Assembly (NCBI RefSeq): GCF_945901735.1
Contig: NZ_CAMDLM010000019.1
Location: 8,726-72,725 of the forward strand
DNA length: 64,000 nt
From: Limnohabitans sp. Rim8
Lineage (GTDB): Bacteria; Pseudomonadota; Gammaproteobacteria; Burkholderiales; Burkholderiaceae_C
Direction: 5' to 3'
The position numbers and the translations under genes are program-made. The first letter of the stretch is position 1. Each line of letters starts with the position of its first letter. The notes beneath the pieces were generated by a model that did not search any database, was not told the DNA's origin, and saw only the letters and a program-made list of their open reading frames with translations. Shown piece after piece: positions 27,716-37,236 of the stretch.

Positions 27716-29800
27716 TCAACCGCGCGTGATTTTCAGCACGCGGGTGCCGCCGCGCTTGCCGGCAGGGCCTTCGCCAGCAGCATGGGGCTTGAAGTTGCCG
27801 GCACCGAACTGCTTGGGGCCGCGGGCGAACTTGTCACCGGCACCTGCCGCGCCGCGTGGGGCAGGGCGGGTGGCGTTGCGGTTGTCACCACCACGCTCTT
27901 CCCAGCGACCGCCTTGACGTGGGGCATCTTGGCGGGCGTCTTGGCGCGGGGCAGGGCGGCTGTCGCCTTTGTCCCAGGGGTGCGCAGGTGCGCTGCGCTG
28001 CTCAAAGCGGTCACCACCGCGGTTGTCACCGCCACGGGGAGCGTCAAAACGGCCACCTTCTTTGCGCTGATCGAAACGGGGTTCGGCGCGTTGTTCGAAA
28101 CGCGGCTGCTCTTCGCGGAAGTTGCCACGAGGGGCGCGGTTGTCAAAACCACCGCCAGCATGGTCGCGGTCACGGTTGCCACCGAAGTCGCGGCCACCGG
28201 GGGCAGGACGGCCACCACGGAAACCACCGCCTGCGTTGGCGTAATTGCGCTCACCACCGAAACGGTCACCGCCACGGCCCATGGGTTTGCGGGCTTCCGG
28301 CACACGCACTTTGGGCTCCAGGCCCGGGATCACTTCGGCCTTGAAAGGCTGGCGTGTGTAGGACTCAATGTCACCAATCTTTCGGCGGTCACGGATTTCA
28401 GCAAAGGTCACTGCCAGGCCATCCCGGCCAGCGCGGCCTGTGCGGCCAATGCGGTGGGTGTAGTCCTCGGCCTTCATCGGCAAGCCGAAGTTGAAGACGT
28501 GGGTGATGGTGGGCACGTCGATGCCGCGAGCAGCGACGTCGGTCGCGACCAGAATCTGGACTTGGCCATTGCGCAGCGCCATCAGGCGGCGGTTGCGCAT
28601 GCCTTGGCTCAAGGCGCCGTGCAGGGCCACAGCCGAGAAGCCGTCTTGTTGCAAGTCAGCGGCCAAACCGTCGCACTCGATTTGGGTGCTGGAGAACACG
28701 ATGGCCTGGTCGATCGTGGCGTCACGCAACCAGTGGTCGAGCATCTGGCGCTTGTGTTGGGCATTGTCGGCCCAGAACAGCACCTGTTTGATGTTGTTGT
28801 GCTTTTCTTGGGGGTTGTCGATCTGGATTTTCTGCACCGAAGAACCGCCGTCGTGCATCACACGCATGGCCAGTTGCTGAATGCGCGGCGCAAAGGTGGC
28901 GCTGAACATCATGGTCTGGCGACGCTGGCTGGTCATGTCGTTGATGTCAGCCAAATCGTCCGAGAAGCCCAGGTCGAGCATGCGGTCGGCCTCGTCCACT
29001 ACCAAAAATTGCACTTGGTCCAACTTGATTTGCATGGAGCGCTGCAGGTCGAGCAAACGGCCAGGTGTGGCGACCACCAGGTTGGCGTTTTGCAGCTTGG
29101 CAATTTGCAGCTGGTAAGGCATGCCACCGACCACGTTGGCCACGCGCAGACCGCGTGTGTGCTTGACCAACTCGATGGCGTCTTGCGCCACCTGTTGGGC
29201 CAATTCACGCGTGGGGCATACGATCAGGGCGCCGGGTGTCGGGGCTTTGAAGTTGCGTGGGTTGGTGGGGTCTTTGCGCTTGGCACGCTTGGGGGCGGGC
29301 TCGCCTTTGGCGGCAGCGTCGGCGCAGGCTTGATCGAATTCGGCGCGCTCAGCCGCTTCTTGCGCGGCCATTTGCTGGATCAGCGTGTGCAGCACGGGAA
29401 GCAAGAAGGCGGCGGTTTTGCCGCTGCCGGTCTGGCTGGAGACCATCATGTCGGTGTAGCCATTGGACTTGCCGTCTTTGGAGCCGCCTGCAGTGGGCAA
29501 AGCCAAAGGAATGGTGCGCAATTGCACAGCGGTAGGCTGGGTGTAGCCCAAATCGGCTACGGCTTGCACCAGCTCAGGGGCGAGGCCCAATTTAACGAAA
29601 CCGTTGGGCACATCAGCGATGGCTTCGACTTCTTCGGCTACTTCGGTCGTGATTTCAGGAGCTACTTCGGGGGTGATCTCGGCCGCCACAGCGACCATGA
29701 TTTCAGTGGCCAGGTTTGTCGGGGCGCTCGGTGCGGTGGAGAGGGATGTGTTTTCGACAGGCGACAAGTCGTCCTGCACTGTGTTCAAAGTGTCAGTCAT
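27716..29800 (-). CDS. DEAD-box ATP-dependent RNA helicase with Arg/Gly-rich C-terminal tail
   Basis: SQTGSGKTAAF (motif I), VVDEADRMLD (DEAD), SAT and HRIGRTGRAG. The long RGG-type tail and the acidic repeat N-terminus are also visible. Confidence 0.9.
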   Translation of the reverse strand: MTDTLNTVQDDLSPVENTSLSTAPSAPTNLATEIMVAVAAEITPEVAPEITTEVAEEVEAIADVPNGFVKLGLAPELVQAVADLGYTQPTAVQLRTIPLALPTAGGSKDGKSNGYTDMMVSSQTGSGKTAAFLLPVLHTLIQQMAAQEAAERAEFDQACADAAAKGEPAPKRAKRKDPTNPRNFKAPTPGALIVCPTRELAQQVAQDAIELVKHTRGLRVANVVGGMPYQLQIAKLQNANLVVATPGRLLDLQRSMQIKLDQVQFLVVDEADRMLDLGFSDDLADINDMTSQRRQTMMFSATFAPRIQQLAMRVMHDGGSSVQKIQIDNPQEKHNNIKQVLFWADNAQHKRQMLDHWLRDATIDQAIVFSSTQIECDGLAADLQQDGFSAVALHGALSQGMRNRRLMALRNGQVQILVATDVAARGIDVPTITHVFNFGLPMKAEDYTHRIGRTGRAGRDGLAVTFAEIRDRRKIGDIESYTRQPFKAEVIPGLEPKVRVPEARKPMGRGGDRFGGERNYANAGGGFRGGRPAPGGRDFGGNRDRDHAGGGFDNRAPRGNFREEQPRFEQRAEPRFDQRKEGGRFDAPRGGDNRGGDRFEQRSAPAHPWDKGDSRPAPRQDARQDAPRQGGRWEERGGDNRNATRPAPRGAAGAGDKFARGPKQFGAGNFKPHAAGEGPAGKRGGTRVLKITRG

Positions 29801-30061
29801 GTGGTTCTATAAAGCTCGCACGGAACAACGGCCGCTAACAGAAAACTGTTGCTAATGGCCGCAGGCACCGCAAGGTTGAAAAAACATCAACCATCAAACG
29901 GTGCTCGCGAGGGGCGCTTGGCATGAAGCCTGGCCGCTGTGAGTGACCCTATCGTTGGGTCAAGGCATGAAGGGAGATGTATGAAACGCTGCACTTTAAT
30001 GCAACGAGCCCATCATTATGGCACGGTTCAGGGAAAGCCGCTAGGGTTTTCCCTGAAAAAA

Positions 30062-30652
30062 TCACAAACGGATGAAATGCTCGCGGTAATGCTCCAGCTC
30101 GTCGATCGATTCGTGCACGTCGGCCAGGGCAGTGTGCTTTTGCTGCTTTTTGAAACTGGCATACACCTCGGGCTTCCAGCGGCGAGACAACTCTTTGAGA
30201 GTACTCACGTCCAGGTTGCGGTAGTGGAAAAACGCTTCCAGCTTGGGCATGTAATTGACCAAGAAGCGCCGGTCCTGGCTGATGGTGTTGCCGCACAACG
30301 GTGAACTGTTTTTGGGCAAGTACTTTTTCAGAAAGGCCAGGATCTGGGCTTCGGCATCGGCCTCGCTGGTGGTCGAGGCCTTGACCTTGTCGATCAGCCC
30401 GCTCTTGCCGTGGGTGCCTTTGTTCCACTTGTCCATCTGGTTCAGCAGTTCGTCGCTTTGGTGAATCACCAGCACCGGGCCTTCAATGCGGGGGGTGAGG
30501 TGCGGGCCGGTGACGATGACGGCGATCTCCAGCAGGCGTTCTTTTTCGGGGTCCAGGCCCGTCATCTCGCAGTCAATCCAGACCAGGTTTTGATCAGATT
30601 TGGGCAGTTCAGAAGTTTCAGGGGCGGGAGGGAGTGTGTTCGAATCAGACAT
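30062..30652 (-). CDS. orn: oligoribonuclease
   Basis: ATG 30652. [13 protein letters not shown], and [14 protein letters not shown] (DEDDh). Confidence 0.92.
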   Translation of the reverse strand: MSDSNTLPPAPETSELPKSDQNLVWIDCEMTGLDPEKERLLEIAVIVTGPHLTPRIEGPVLVIHQSDELLNQMDKWNKGTHGKSGLIDKVKASTTSEADAEAQILAFLKKYLPKNSSPLCGNTISQDRRFLVNYMPKLEAFFHYRNLDVSTLKELSRRWKPEVYASFKKQQKHTALADVHESIDELEHYREHFIRL

Positions 30653-30746
30653 GCAGAGATTGTCGCCGATGCCATCAACCCCTCGGCATCGGGTCTGAAT
30701 CTTGGCACACGGCACGGTACAAAGGTACGGCTCCTACAATGGCGGC

Positions 30747-32006
30747 ATGAATCCCACCCTGACTTTGACTCTGAGCCTCGTGGCGGCCTTGTTGGCGCAT
30801 GTCACGCTCAAATTTTGGCTCAATGTGCGCCAAGTGCGGCATGTGGCCCGCCACCGTCACGCCGTGCCTGTGGCTTATGCCGACACGGTGTCCTTGGCCG
30901 ACCACCAAAAAGCGGCCGATTACACCCTCGCCAAAGCCCGCTTGTCGCAAATCGACATCGCGCTTGATGCGGCCGTTTTGCTGGGCTGGACGCTGCTGGG
31001 CGGGCTCGATGCACTCAACCAGGCGCTGCTGGGTTGGATGGGTCCGGGTATGGCGCAGCAAATCGCCTTGGTGCTGGGGTTCATGCTGGTCGGCAGTCTC
31101 ATCGGGCTGCCTTTGTTGCTCATGCAAACCTTTGGCGTAGAGCAGCGCTTTGGTTTCAACAAGATCACGCCCGCCTTGTGGCTCGCTGACATGGCCAAGG
31201 GCCTGGTGCTGGGTTTGGCGCTGGGCCTGCCTTTGCTGTGGGTGGTGCTGTGGCTCATGCAAGCTGGGGGTCCGTGGTGGTGGCTTTGGGCCTGGGGGGT
31301 GTTGGTGGGTTGGCAGCTGTTTTTGATGGCCATTGCCCCGAATGTGATCATGCCGTTGTTCAACAAATTCACCCCCTTGGAAGACGAGTCGCTCAAGGCC
31401 CGCGTGCAGGCCCTGATGCAACGTGCAGGCTTCACCGCCAAAGGTTTTTTCGTGATGGACGGCAGCCGCCGTTCGGCGCATTCCAATGCTTTCTTCACCG
31501 GCTTTGGGGCCAGCAAGCGCGTGGTGTTTTTTGACACCTTGCTCAAGCAGCTGACCCCGTCTGAAATGGAAGCGGTGCTGGCCCATGAGTTGGGCCATTT
31601 CAAGCACAAACACATCGTCAAGATGATGGCGACCAGCTTTGCCATGACGCTGGCGGGTCTGGCGCTGCTGGGCTGGCTGGCGCAGCAGGTCTGGTTTTAC
31701 ACGGGGCTGGGCGTCAACCCCAACTTGTCGGGCAGCAACGATGCGCTGGCGTTGGTCTTGTTCATGTTGGTCGCACCCGTGTTCAGCTTGTTTTTTGCGC
31801 CTGTGTCGTCCTGGCGCTCGCGTCAGCAGGAGTTCGAAGCCGATGCCTATGCTGTGTCGCAAACCCCGGGCGCAGACTTGTCTTCGGCCTTGCTCAAGCT
31901 GTATCAAGACAATGCCTCCACTCTCACGCCCGACCCTTGGTATGTGAAGTTTTATTACTCGCACCCACCGGCCAGCGAGCGTTTGCTGAGGATGAAAACC
32001 GCATGA
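30747..32006 (+). CDS. M48 family metallopeptidase (Ste24/HtpX-like, membrane)
   Basis: ATG 30747. Multiple transmembrane helices, then AVLAHELGHFKHKH (HExxH) and EFEADAYA. Confidence 0.85.
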   Translation: MNPTLTLTLSLVAALLAHVTLKFWLNVRQVRHVARHRHAVPVAYADTVSLADHQKAADYTLAKARLSQIDIALDAAVLLGWTLLGGLDALNQALLGWMGPGMAQQIALVLGFMLVGSLIGLPLLLMQTFGVEQRFGFNKITPALWLADMAKGLVLGLALGLPLLWVVLWLMQAGGPWWWLWAWGVLVGWQLFLMAIAPNVIMPLFNKFTPLEDESLKARVQALMQRAGFTAKGFFVMDGSRRSAHSNAFFTGFGASKRVVFFDTLLKQLTPSEMEAVLAHELGHFKHKHIVKMMATSFAMTLAGLALLGWLAQQVWFYTGLGVNPNLSGSNDALALVLFMLVAPVFSLFFAPVSSWRSRQQEFEADAYAVSQTPGADLSSALLKLYQDNASTLTPDPWYVKFYYSHPPASERLLRMKTA

Positions 32007-32314
32007 GTGCCTTGGAAGTTCGCGCCCTCAAACCCACCGAGGTGATCATGGCGCTGGGTCAGATTTCGGGCTGGCATTTGTCGGGCGATGGTGAAAACGT
32101 CGCCATCGAGAAGACCTTTGACTTTGCCCAACACACGCATGCGCTGCTGTTCGTCAACAGTGTGGGCTGGTTGTCTGAAAAGCTCAACCACCACCCGGAG
32201 TTGGTGTTGACCTATCGCCGATGCGCAGTGCGCTGGAACACGCACGACGTGCATGGCTTGAGCCGCTTGGACTTTGAAGCAGCCACGCAAACCGATGCTT
32301 TGATACCGACATGA
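32003..32314 (+). CDS. phhB: 4a-hydroxytetrahydrobiopterin dehydratase
   Basis: ATG 32003 overlaps the upstream stop (ATGA). SGWHL...IEKTFDF and NHHPELVLTYRRCAVRWNTH are PCD-like. Confidence 0.8.
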   Translation: MSALEVRALKPTEVIMALGQISGWHLSGDGENVAIEKTFDFAQHTHALLFVNSVGWLSEKLNHHPELVLTYRRCAVRWNTHDVHGLSRLDFEAATQTDALIPT

Positions 32315-32320
32315 AGCGGC

Positions 32321-33313
32321 ATGAATAAACCCAAAGCTCGCCCGGCCTTGCCCCAGGCGAACGATCTGGAGCCGGGCTTGGTGGTGGCCACCTATGGTCG
32401 CCATTGTTTGGTGGAGACACCCGAAGGCCGACGCCTGATTTGTCATCCCCGTGGCAAGAAAAACCAAGTGGTCGTGGGCGACCAGGTGCTGTGGCAAATC
32501 GCTGGCGACGAGGGCAGCATCGAAAAACTGCAAGAACGCCGCAACCTGTTTTACCGAAAAGACGAAATTCGCACCAAATCCTTTGCAGCCAACTTGGACC
32601 GGGTGCTGATCCTGATCGCGGCCGATCCTGAATATTCGGAGAGTCAACTCTCACGCGCCTTGGTGGCGGCCGAGGCCGAGCGCATCACGCCCATCATCGC
32701 GCTCAACAAAAGCGATCTGGCGCTGCCCTTTGCCCAGGCCTGGGAGCGTCTGGCCCCCTACCGCGCCATGGGTTACAGCGTCATGCCCATCAGCCTCAGC
32801 CCGCGCAGCCCGGTGGACGACGATGGCGTGACCGCCTTGTGCGCGCATTTGCAAGGCCTGACCACCTTGGTGCTGGGGCCGTCGGGCAGTGGCAAGAGCA
32901 CGCTGATCAACCGCCTGGTGCCCGATGCGCGGGTGGAAACCGGTGAAATTTCGCTGGCCCTCAACTCGGGCAAGCACACCACCACCAGCACGCGTTGGTT
33001 CTGGGTGCCCGCGCTCGATGGGGGGGCTCAAACCGGTGCTGAAACTGGCGCCGCACGCACGGCCTTGATCGATTCACCCGGCTTTCAGGAGTTTGGTCTG
33101 CACCACATTGAGCCCACCCGCTTGGCCGACTGCATGCCTGATTTGCGAAAGCATTTGGGCGGTTGCAAGTTCTACAACTGCACGCATTTGCACGAACCCG
33201 GTTGCGCTGTGTTGGCACAAGTCGAAACCGCTGAGCACCCCGGCACCATCAGCGTGCGCCGTCACCGTATTTACGCGCAGCTTTTTGAGGAGTTGGGCCA
33301 GCAGCGCTGGTGA
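32321..33313 (+). CDS. rsgA: ribosome small-subunit-dependent GTPase A
   Basis: ALNKSDL (permuted G4), GPSGSGKSTLINRL and the zinc knuckle CKFYNCTHLHEPGC. Confidence 0.9.
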   Translation: MNKPKARPALPQANDLEPGLVVATYGRHCLVETPEGRRLICHPRGKKNQVVVGDQVLWQIAGDEGSIEKLQERRNLFYRKDEIRTKSFAANLDRVLILIAADPEYSESQLSRALVAAEAERITPIIALNKSDLALPFAQAWERLAPYRAMGYSVMPISLSPRSPVDDDGVTALCAHLQGLTTLVLGPSGSGKSTLINRLVPDARVETGEISLALNSGKHTTTSTRWFWVPALDGGAQTGAETGAARTALIDSPGFQEFGLHHIEPTRLADCMPDLRKHLGGCKFYNCTHLHEPGCAVLAQVETAEHPGTISVRRHRIYAQLFEELGQQRW

Positions 33314-33327
33314 AGGGCAGGGCGCCT

Positions 33328-34293
33328 TTAGCCCACCAAATTGGCCATGGTCAGCAAGGCCACCAGCACCAGCCACATGATGACGGTGCGCCAGACCAGG
33401 CCGACCACTTGGGCAAAGTGCGCCACGCTGGCCACTCGCCCGGGGGTACTGCTGCTGTCCGGGTTGTCGGGCGTTGTCATGCCCTCGGCCACGGGTTGCA
33501 AAGCCGCGCCACCCAAACGGATGTTGATGGCCCCTGCCGTGGCCGCCAAGATGACCCCATCGTTGTCTTGCGGAAAATTCTGCGCGTGTTGCCGCCAGCC
33601 GTCCATGGCGTCTTCAAAGCTGCCCACAATGGCAAAGCCCAAGGCCGTCATGCGCGAGGGCAACCAGTCCACGGCTTGCCACGCCCTGCTCGAGACGCAG
33701 CGCAAAACCTCGCTGGGCAAAGAGCCATCGGCTGAAGGGGCTTGCCAGCGGCGCTGGGTGAATTCGGTCAGGCGGTAAATCACCGCGCCCACAGGCCCCA
33801 GGCCAATGATGGACAGTGCGGCGTACCAAAAAAACACCCCGAACACATGGCGGTGCGCAGCTATCACCGAGTACTCGATCACGTGCCGCACGATTTCGCT
33901 GCGCGGAATTTGCCCCACCTGAACCTGCTGCCATTGCGCCAGCAACTCGCGAGCTTTGTCTTCGTCGCCGTTTTCCAGGGCTTCGCGGATGCCGGTGAAG
34001 TGGTGGCTGAATTGCCGGAAGCCCAGCGTCACATACAGCAGGGCCACATTCCACAGCACAGCCACCCACCAGCCCAGCGTCCAATCGAGCAACCAATGCA
34101 CGAGCACGGCCAGCAAGGCAGGGGACAAAACGGCGATGCCCCAGGTCACCCAAGCCTGTGGACGGGTGCCTGCGTCGAAGGTGCGCACCACCCACGCCGT
34201 CCAGTGTTCGACAGCGGCAAAGACCTGGTTGTCGGCCTTGAGAGGGCGGGCTTGCTCCAGCACCAGGGCCAGCAAGATGGCAAAAAAACTCAT
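33328..34293 (-). CDS. CobD/CbiB family membrane protein
   Basis: ATG 34293 gives MSFFAILLALVLEQARPL. The hydrophobic profile and RLGG region are typical of CobD/CbiB-like proteins. Confidence 0.7.
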   Translation of the reverse strand: MSFFAILLALVLEQARPLKADNQVFAAVEHWTAWVVRTFDAGTRPQAWVTWGIAVLSPALLAVLVHWLLDWTLGWWVAVLWNVALLYVTLGFRQFSHHFTGIREALENGDEDKARELLAQWQQVQVGQIPRSEIVRHVIEYSVIAAHRHVFGVFFWYAALSIIGLGPVGAVIYRLTEFTQRRWQAPSADGSLPSEVLRCVSSRAWQAVDWLPSRMTALGFAIVGSFEDAMDGWRQHAQNFPQDNDGVILAATAGAINIRLGGAALQPVAEGMTTPDNPDSSSTPGRVASVAHFAQVVGLVWRTVIMWLVLVALLTMANLVG

Positions 34294-34300
34294 GGCATTC

Positions 34301-35026
34301 TCATGTTGACGGGTTGGCAGCCAGGAAGCGGTAGAAATTGCGCAGCATCCCGGCCGTGGCTCCCCAGATGAAATGTTCCACCGCCTGGACTTCGCCATTG
34401 GGGGCGATTCGACGCTCCTCGTACGGCATGGAAAACCATTGTCGCTGAGAACCTTGCCACTCGAAGGCATGTCGTCGGTGGTTGGCCGGGTTCATCAAAA
34501 AAGACAAAGGCACCTCAAACACATCGGCCACTTCGTCAGCATTGAGACGCAGCTCAAAATCGGGCGAGACCAGGCCGATCACCGGCGTCACCCAGAACGA
34601 AGTGCCCGTGATGTAAACGGGCAACTCGCCAATGACCTCAACGTAGCGGGCCGACAAGCCCACTTCCTCTTCGGCCTCGCGCAAAGCGGTGGCCTGCCTG
34701 TTGGCGTCCTCGGGGTCCACCTTCCCGCCGGGAAAGGCAATTTGACCCGAATGGGTCTTCATGTGCGCGGCACGGCGCGTCAGCAGCACCGTGGGTGATG
34801 AAGCTTGCGGCCCCCGCATCACTATAGGCACCAGCACCGCCGCTTGGGCAGGGGGGCGGTCAGAGGTGAAGCTTTCGCGCACCACTTCCGGCTGCCACAC
34901 AGGTGGCTGCTCAAACCGGGCCTTGAGGGCTTCGGGCTGCAAAAAAGGTGTCGGCACAGCGGGCATGTCGTGGTCGATTTGCCAAACCGGGACTTGTCTT
35001 GGATCAAAGATTGGATTTTTGGACAC
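34301..35026 (-). CDS. NUDIX CoA pyrophosphatase-like hydrolase
   Basis: The Nudix box is GGKVDPEDANRQATALREAEEEVGL, preceded by LLTRRAAHMKTHSGQIAFPGG (NuCoA-type). Confidence 0.8.
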   Translation of the reverse strand: MSKNPIFDPRQVPVWQIDHDMPAVPTPFLQPEALKARFEQPPVWQPEVVRESFTSDRPPAQAAVLVPIVMRGPQASSPTVLLTRRAAHMKTHSGQIAFPGGKVDPEDANRQATALREAEEEVGLSARYVEVIGELPVYITGTSFWVTPVIGLVSPDFELRLNADEVADVFEVPLSFLMNPANHRRHAFEWQGSQRQWFSMPYEERRIAPNGEVQAVEHFIWGATAGMLRNFYRFLAANPST

Positions 35027-35158
35027 AGTCGGTGTTTATAACCGACAAGGGCCTGCATGCTGGCGCGGCACTGGCGGCGGTCTTGGTCCCAGCGCGACGA
35101 GGCCTGGCCGTAAAATGGATAGGTTGTCCTATTTAGCAACGTTACTGTTTTTACACAT

Positions 35159-36079
35159 ATGGATACAGGTCACTTCATGAAACGCGATTACTTCTCCCCC
35201 GACGCCCGTTCCGAACGCCGCTTTGGCGAACACCGAGGGGGCACCTGCATGGCATTGATCGACGGCCGATTCTTGATCTGGCTGGCCCAGCAAGGCGCGA
35301 TGGGCGCCACCGGCGAATCGGTCAACCGCCAGGGCCTGATCAGCTTGCTGTCCCAGGCCCTGTCACACGCAGCGCTGGATGTGGATCTGCGCCGTATCTA
35401 CTGGTACAGCGACCGATCCGATGGCCTCGTCATCGACGATCAGATCGTGCGCCTGGTGCAGGCCCATGATGCCGATGGTGGTGCGTCTTTGTTGCGCTCG
35501 GTGGGCCACGACCTCAAGCAACTGGCCGATCACCACGCGTGTGACCATGTGCTGGTGGCCAGCGACGATGAGCGTTTTTTGGCCACCATCGACGACGCCC
35601 AACTTAGCGGCCTGAGCGTGCACCTGTTGGCCGACGAATCGGCCCGCAACATGCCGCAAATGGTGCGCACCGATCCGGGCTGGGCCCGTTTGCTGGCCCA
35701 GGCTGACCGCCGTGTGGTGGTCAACTCGCAAGCGCTGGCCGACATGCTGCAAGGCAAGCTGCCCACGGGGACAGGCCTGGCCGTGGAAGACGTGGAGGAG
35801 TTGCGCAAATCAATGCACGAGGTCATCACCGCCTGGTGGGCCGACGAGCCCGAGGACCTGCGTGAAGACCTGCGCGACGCTTTGCAGATCAGCCGAGGTA
35901 TTCCGCAAGAAGTGGACCGCCAGCTTTTGCTGCGCATGCGCCAGCGACTGGCCCGCGCCTTGAGCTTGCCGGAGAAAAAAATGCTGCGCGAAACCTTGCG
36001 TGCGGTGGTCTCTGAGCCTGCTTGCGCTGCAGCGCCTGTGCTGGCTGGCGATGGCTTTCCGCCAGACATCGACGAATGA
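35159..36079 (+). CDS. conserved hypothetical protein, possibly a degenerate NYN (LabA-like) domain plus a helical C-terminal region
   Basis: MALIDGRFL... and VLVASDDERFLATIDDAQLSGLSVHLL resemble the NYN layout. The start is uncertain (35159, 35177 or 35249). Codon usage is native. Confidence 0.45.
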   Translation: MDTGHFMKRDYFSPDARSERRFGEHRGGTCMALIDGRFLIWLAQQGAMGATGESVNRQGLISLLSQALSHAALDVDLRRIYWYSDRSDGLVIDDQIVRLVQAHDADGGASLLRSVGHDLKQLADHHACDHVLVASDDERFLATIDDAQLSGLSVHLLADESARNMPQMVRTDPGWARLLAQADRRVVVNSQALADMLQGKLPTGTGLAVEDVEELRKSMHEVITAWWADEPEDLREDLRDALQISRGIPQEVDRQLLLRMRQRLARALSLPEKKMLRETLRAVVSEPACAAAPVLAGDGFPPDIDE

Positions 36080-36117
36080 ATCACCCCGCAGGCCAGTGGC
36101 TTGCGGTCATGAAAGTC

Positions 36118-36154
36118 AAAAGGCCCCTGACACGCGCGTGTCAGGGGCCTTTTG
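36118..36154. terminator. bidirectional rho-independent terminator (predicted)
   Basis: AAAAGGCCCCTGACACG cg CGTGTCAGGGGCCTTTT lies between convergent genes. Confidence 0.8.
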
Positions 36155-36193
36155 ACGGCTGACTTGCAGCGGCAAAGCTGCAGGGCCCGGCGC

Positions 36194-37198
36194 TTAGGCT
36201 TTGGCGTGGTAACGGGTCACGCGCTCGACTTCGTTTTTAGAGCCCAGCACGACGCTCACGCGCTCGTGCAACTGGCCCGGTTGCAGGTCGAGAATGCGTG
36301 CTTGTCCATTGGTGGATGCCCCCCCGGCTTGTTCGATCAGCCAGCTCATGGGATTGGCCTCGTACAACAAGCGCAGCTTGCCGGCTTTGTGCGGCTCGCG
36401 CTTGTCCCAGGGGTACATGAAGACGCCGCCACGGGTCAGGATGCGGTGCACGTCGGCCACCATGCTGGCGATCCAACGCATGTTGAAGTCCTTGCCGCGC
36501 GGGCCTTCCTTGCCTTGCAGACATTCATCGATGTAGCGGCGCACGGGTTCGTCCCAATGGCGCATATTGCTCATGTTGATAGCGAACTCCTGGGTGTCGG
36601 TGGGCACTTGCACGTGTTCTTGTGTCAGCACGAAAGAGCCTTGCTCGCGGTCCAGTGTGAACATGGCCACACCATCGCCGACGGTGAGCACCAGGGTGGT
36701 TTGCGGTCCATATACACAGTAACCCGCAGCCACCTGGTTTTTGCCCGCTTGCAAGAAATCCTGCTCGGTCACACCCTGGTTGCCTTCGGGTTTTTTGAGC
36801 ACGCTGAAGATGGTGCCGATGCTGACGTTGACGTCAATGTTCGATGAGCCATCGAGGGGATCGAACAGCAAGAGGTATTCGCCCTGCGGGTAGCGGTTGG
36901 GCACCAGGTAGATGCTGTCCATCTCTTCAGACGCCATGGCGGCAAGGTGTCCGCCCCACTCGTTGGCTTCGAGCAGTACTTCGTTGGCGATGATGTCGAG
37001 TTTTTTCTGAACTTCGCCTTGCACGTTTTCGCTGTCGGCACTGCCCAGCACACCGCCCAAAGCCCCTTTGTTCACGGCATGGCTGATGCTTTTGCAAGCG
37101 CGGGCCACCACTTCGAGCAGCAAGCGCAAGTCGGCCGGAATGTGCCCTTTGTCGCGTTGCTGCTCCACCAGGTAGCGGGAGAGGGAAATTTTGCTCAT
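36194..37198 (-). CDS. fbp: class 1 fructose-1,6-bisphosphatase
   Basis: ATG 37198. [12 protein letters not shown] and [12 protein letters not shown]. Confidence 0.92.
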   Translation of the reverse strand: MSKISLSRYLVEQQRDKGHIPADLRLLLEVVARACKSISHAVNKGALGGVLGSADSENVQGEVQKKLDIIANEVLLEANEWGGHLAAMASEEMDSIYLVPNRYPQGEYLLLFDPLDGSSNIDVNVSIGTIFSVLKKPEGNQGVTEQDFLQAGKNQVAAGYCVYGPQTTLVLTVGDGVAMFTLDREQGSFVLTQEHVQVPTDTQEFAINMSNMRHWDEPVRRYIDECLQGKEGPRGKDFNMRWIASMVADVHRILTRGGVFMYPWDKREPHKAGKLRLLYEANPMSWLIEQAGGASTNGQARILDLQPGQLHERVSVVLGSKNEVERVTRYHAKA

Positions 37199-37236
37199 GG
37201 GTGTTCCTAAAATCGGTTCAGTCAGCATCAGCTCAA

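Noticed and set aside
27698-29812. 704-aa ORF on the plus strand
   Set aside because: It is an exact mirror of the DEAD-box helicase gene, whose motifs are unambiguous. The product is Ala/Gly/Val/Arg-rich with no recognisable domain. It is a typical high-GC antisense artefact.
30029-30061. Hairpin CAGGGAAA-n11-TTTCCCTG next to the orn stop, considered as a possible terminator
   Set aside because: On the orn (minus) strand the T-run precedes rather than follows the stem. On the plus strand an A-run follows it. It is therefore not a canonical intrinsic terminator on either strand.
33213-33228. TGGCAC hexamers inside coding regions, considered as extra sigma54 promoters (also 30696 and 18915)
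   Set aside because: None has a GC element at the correct -12 spacing, and all lie inside well-supported genes.
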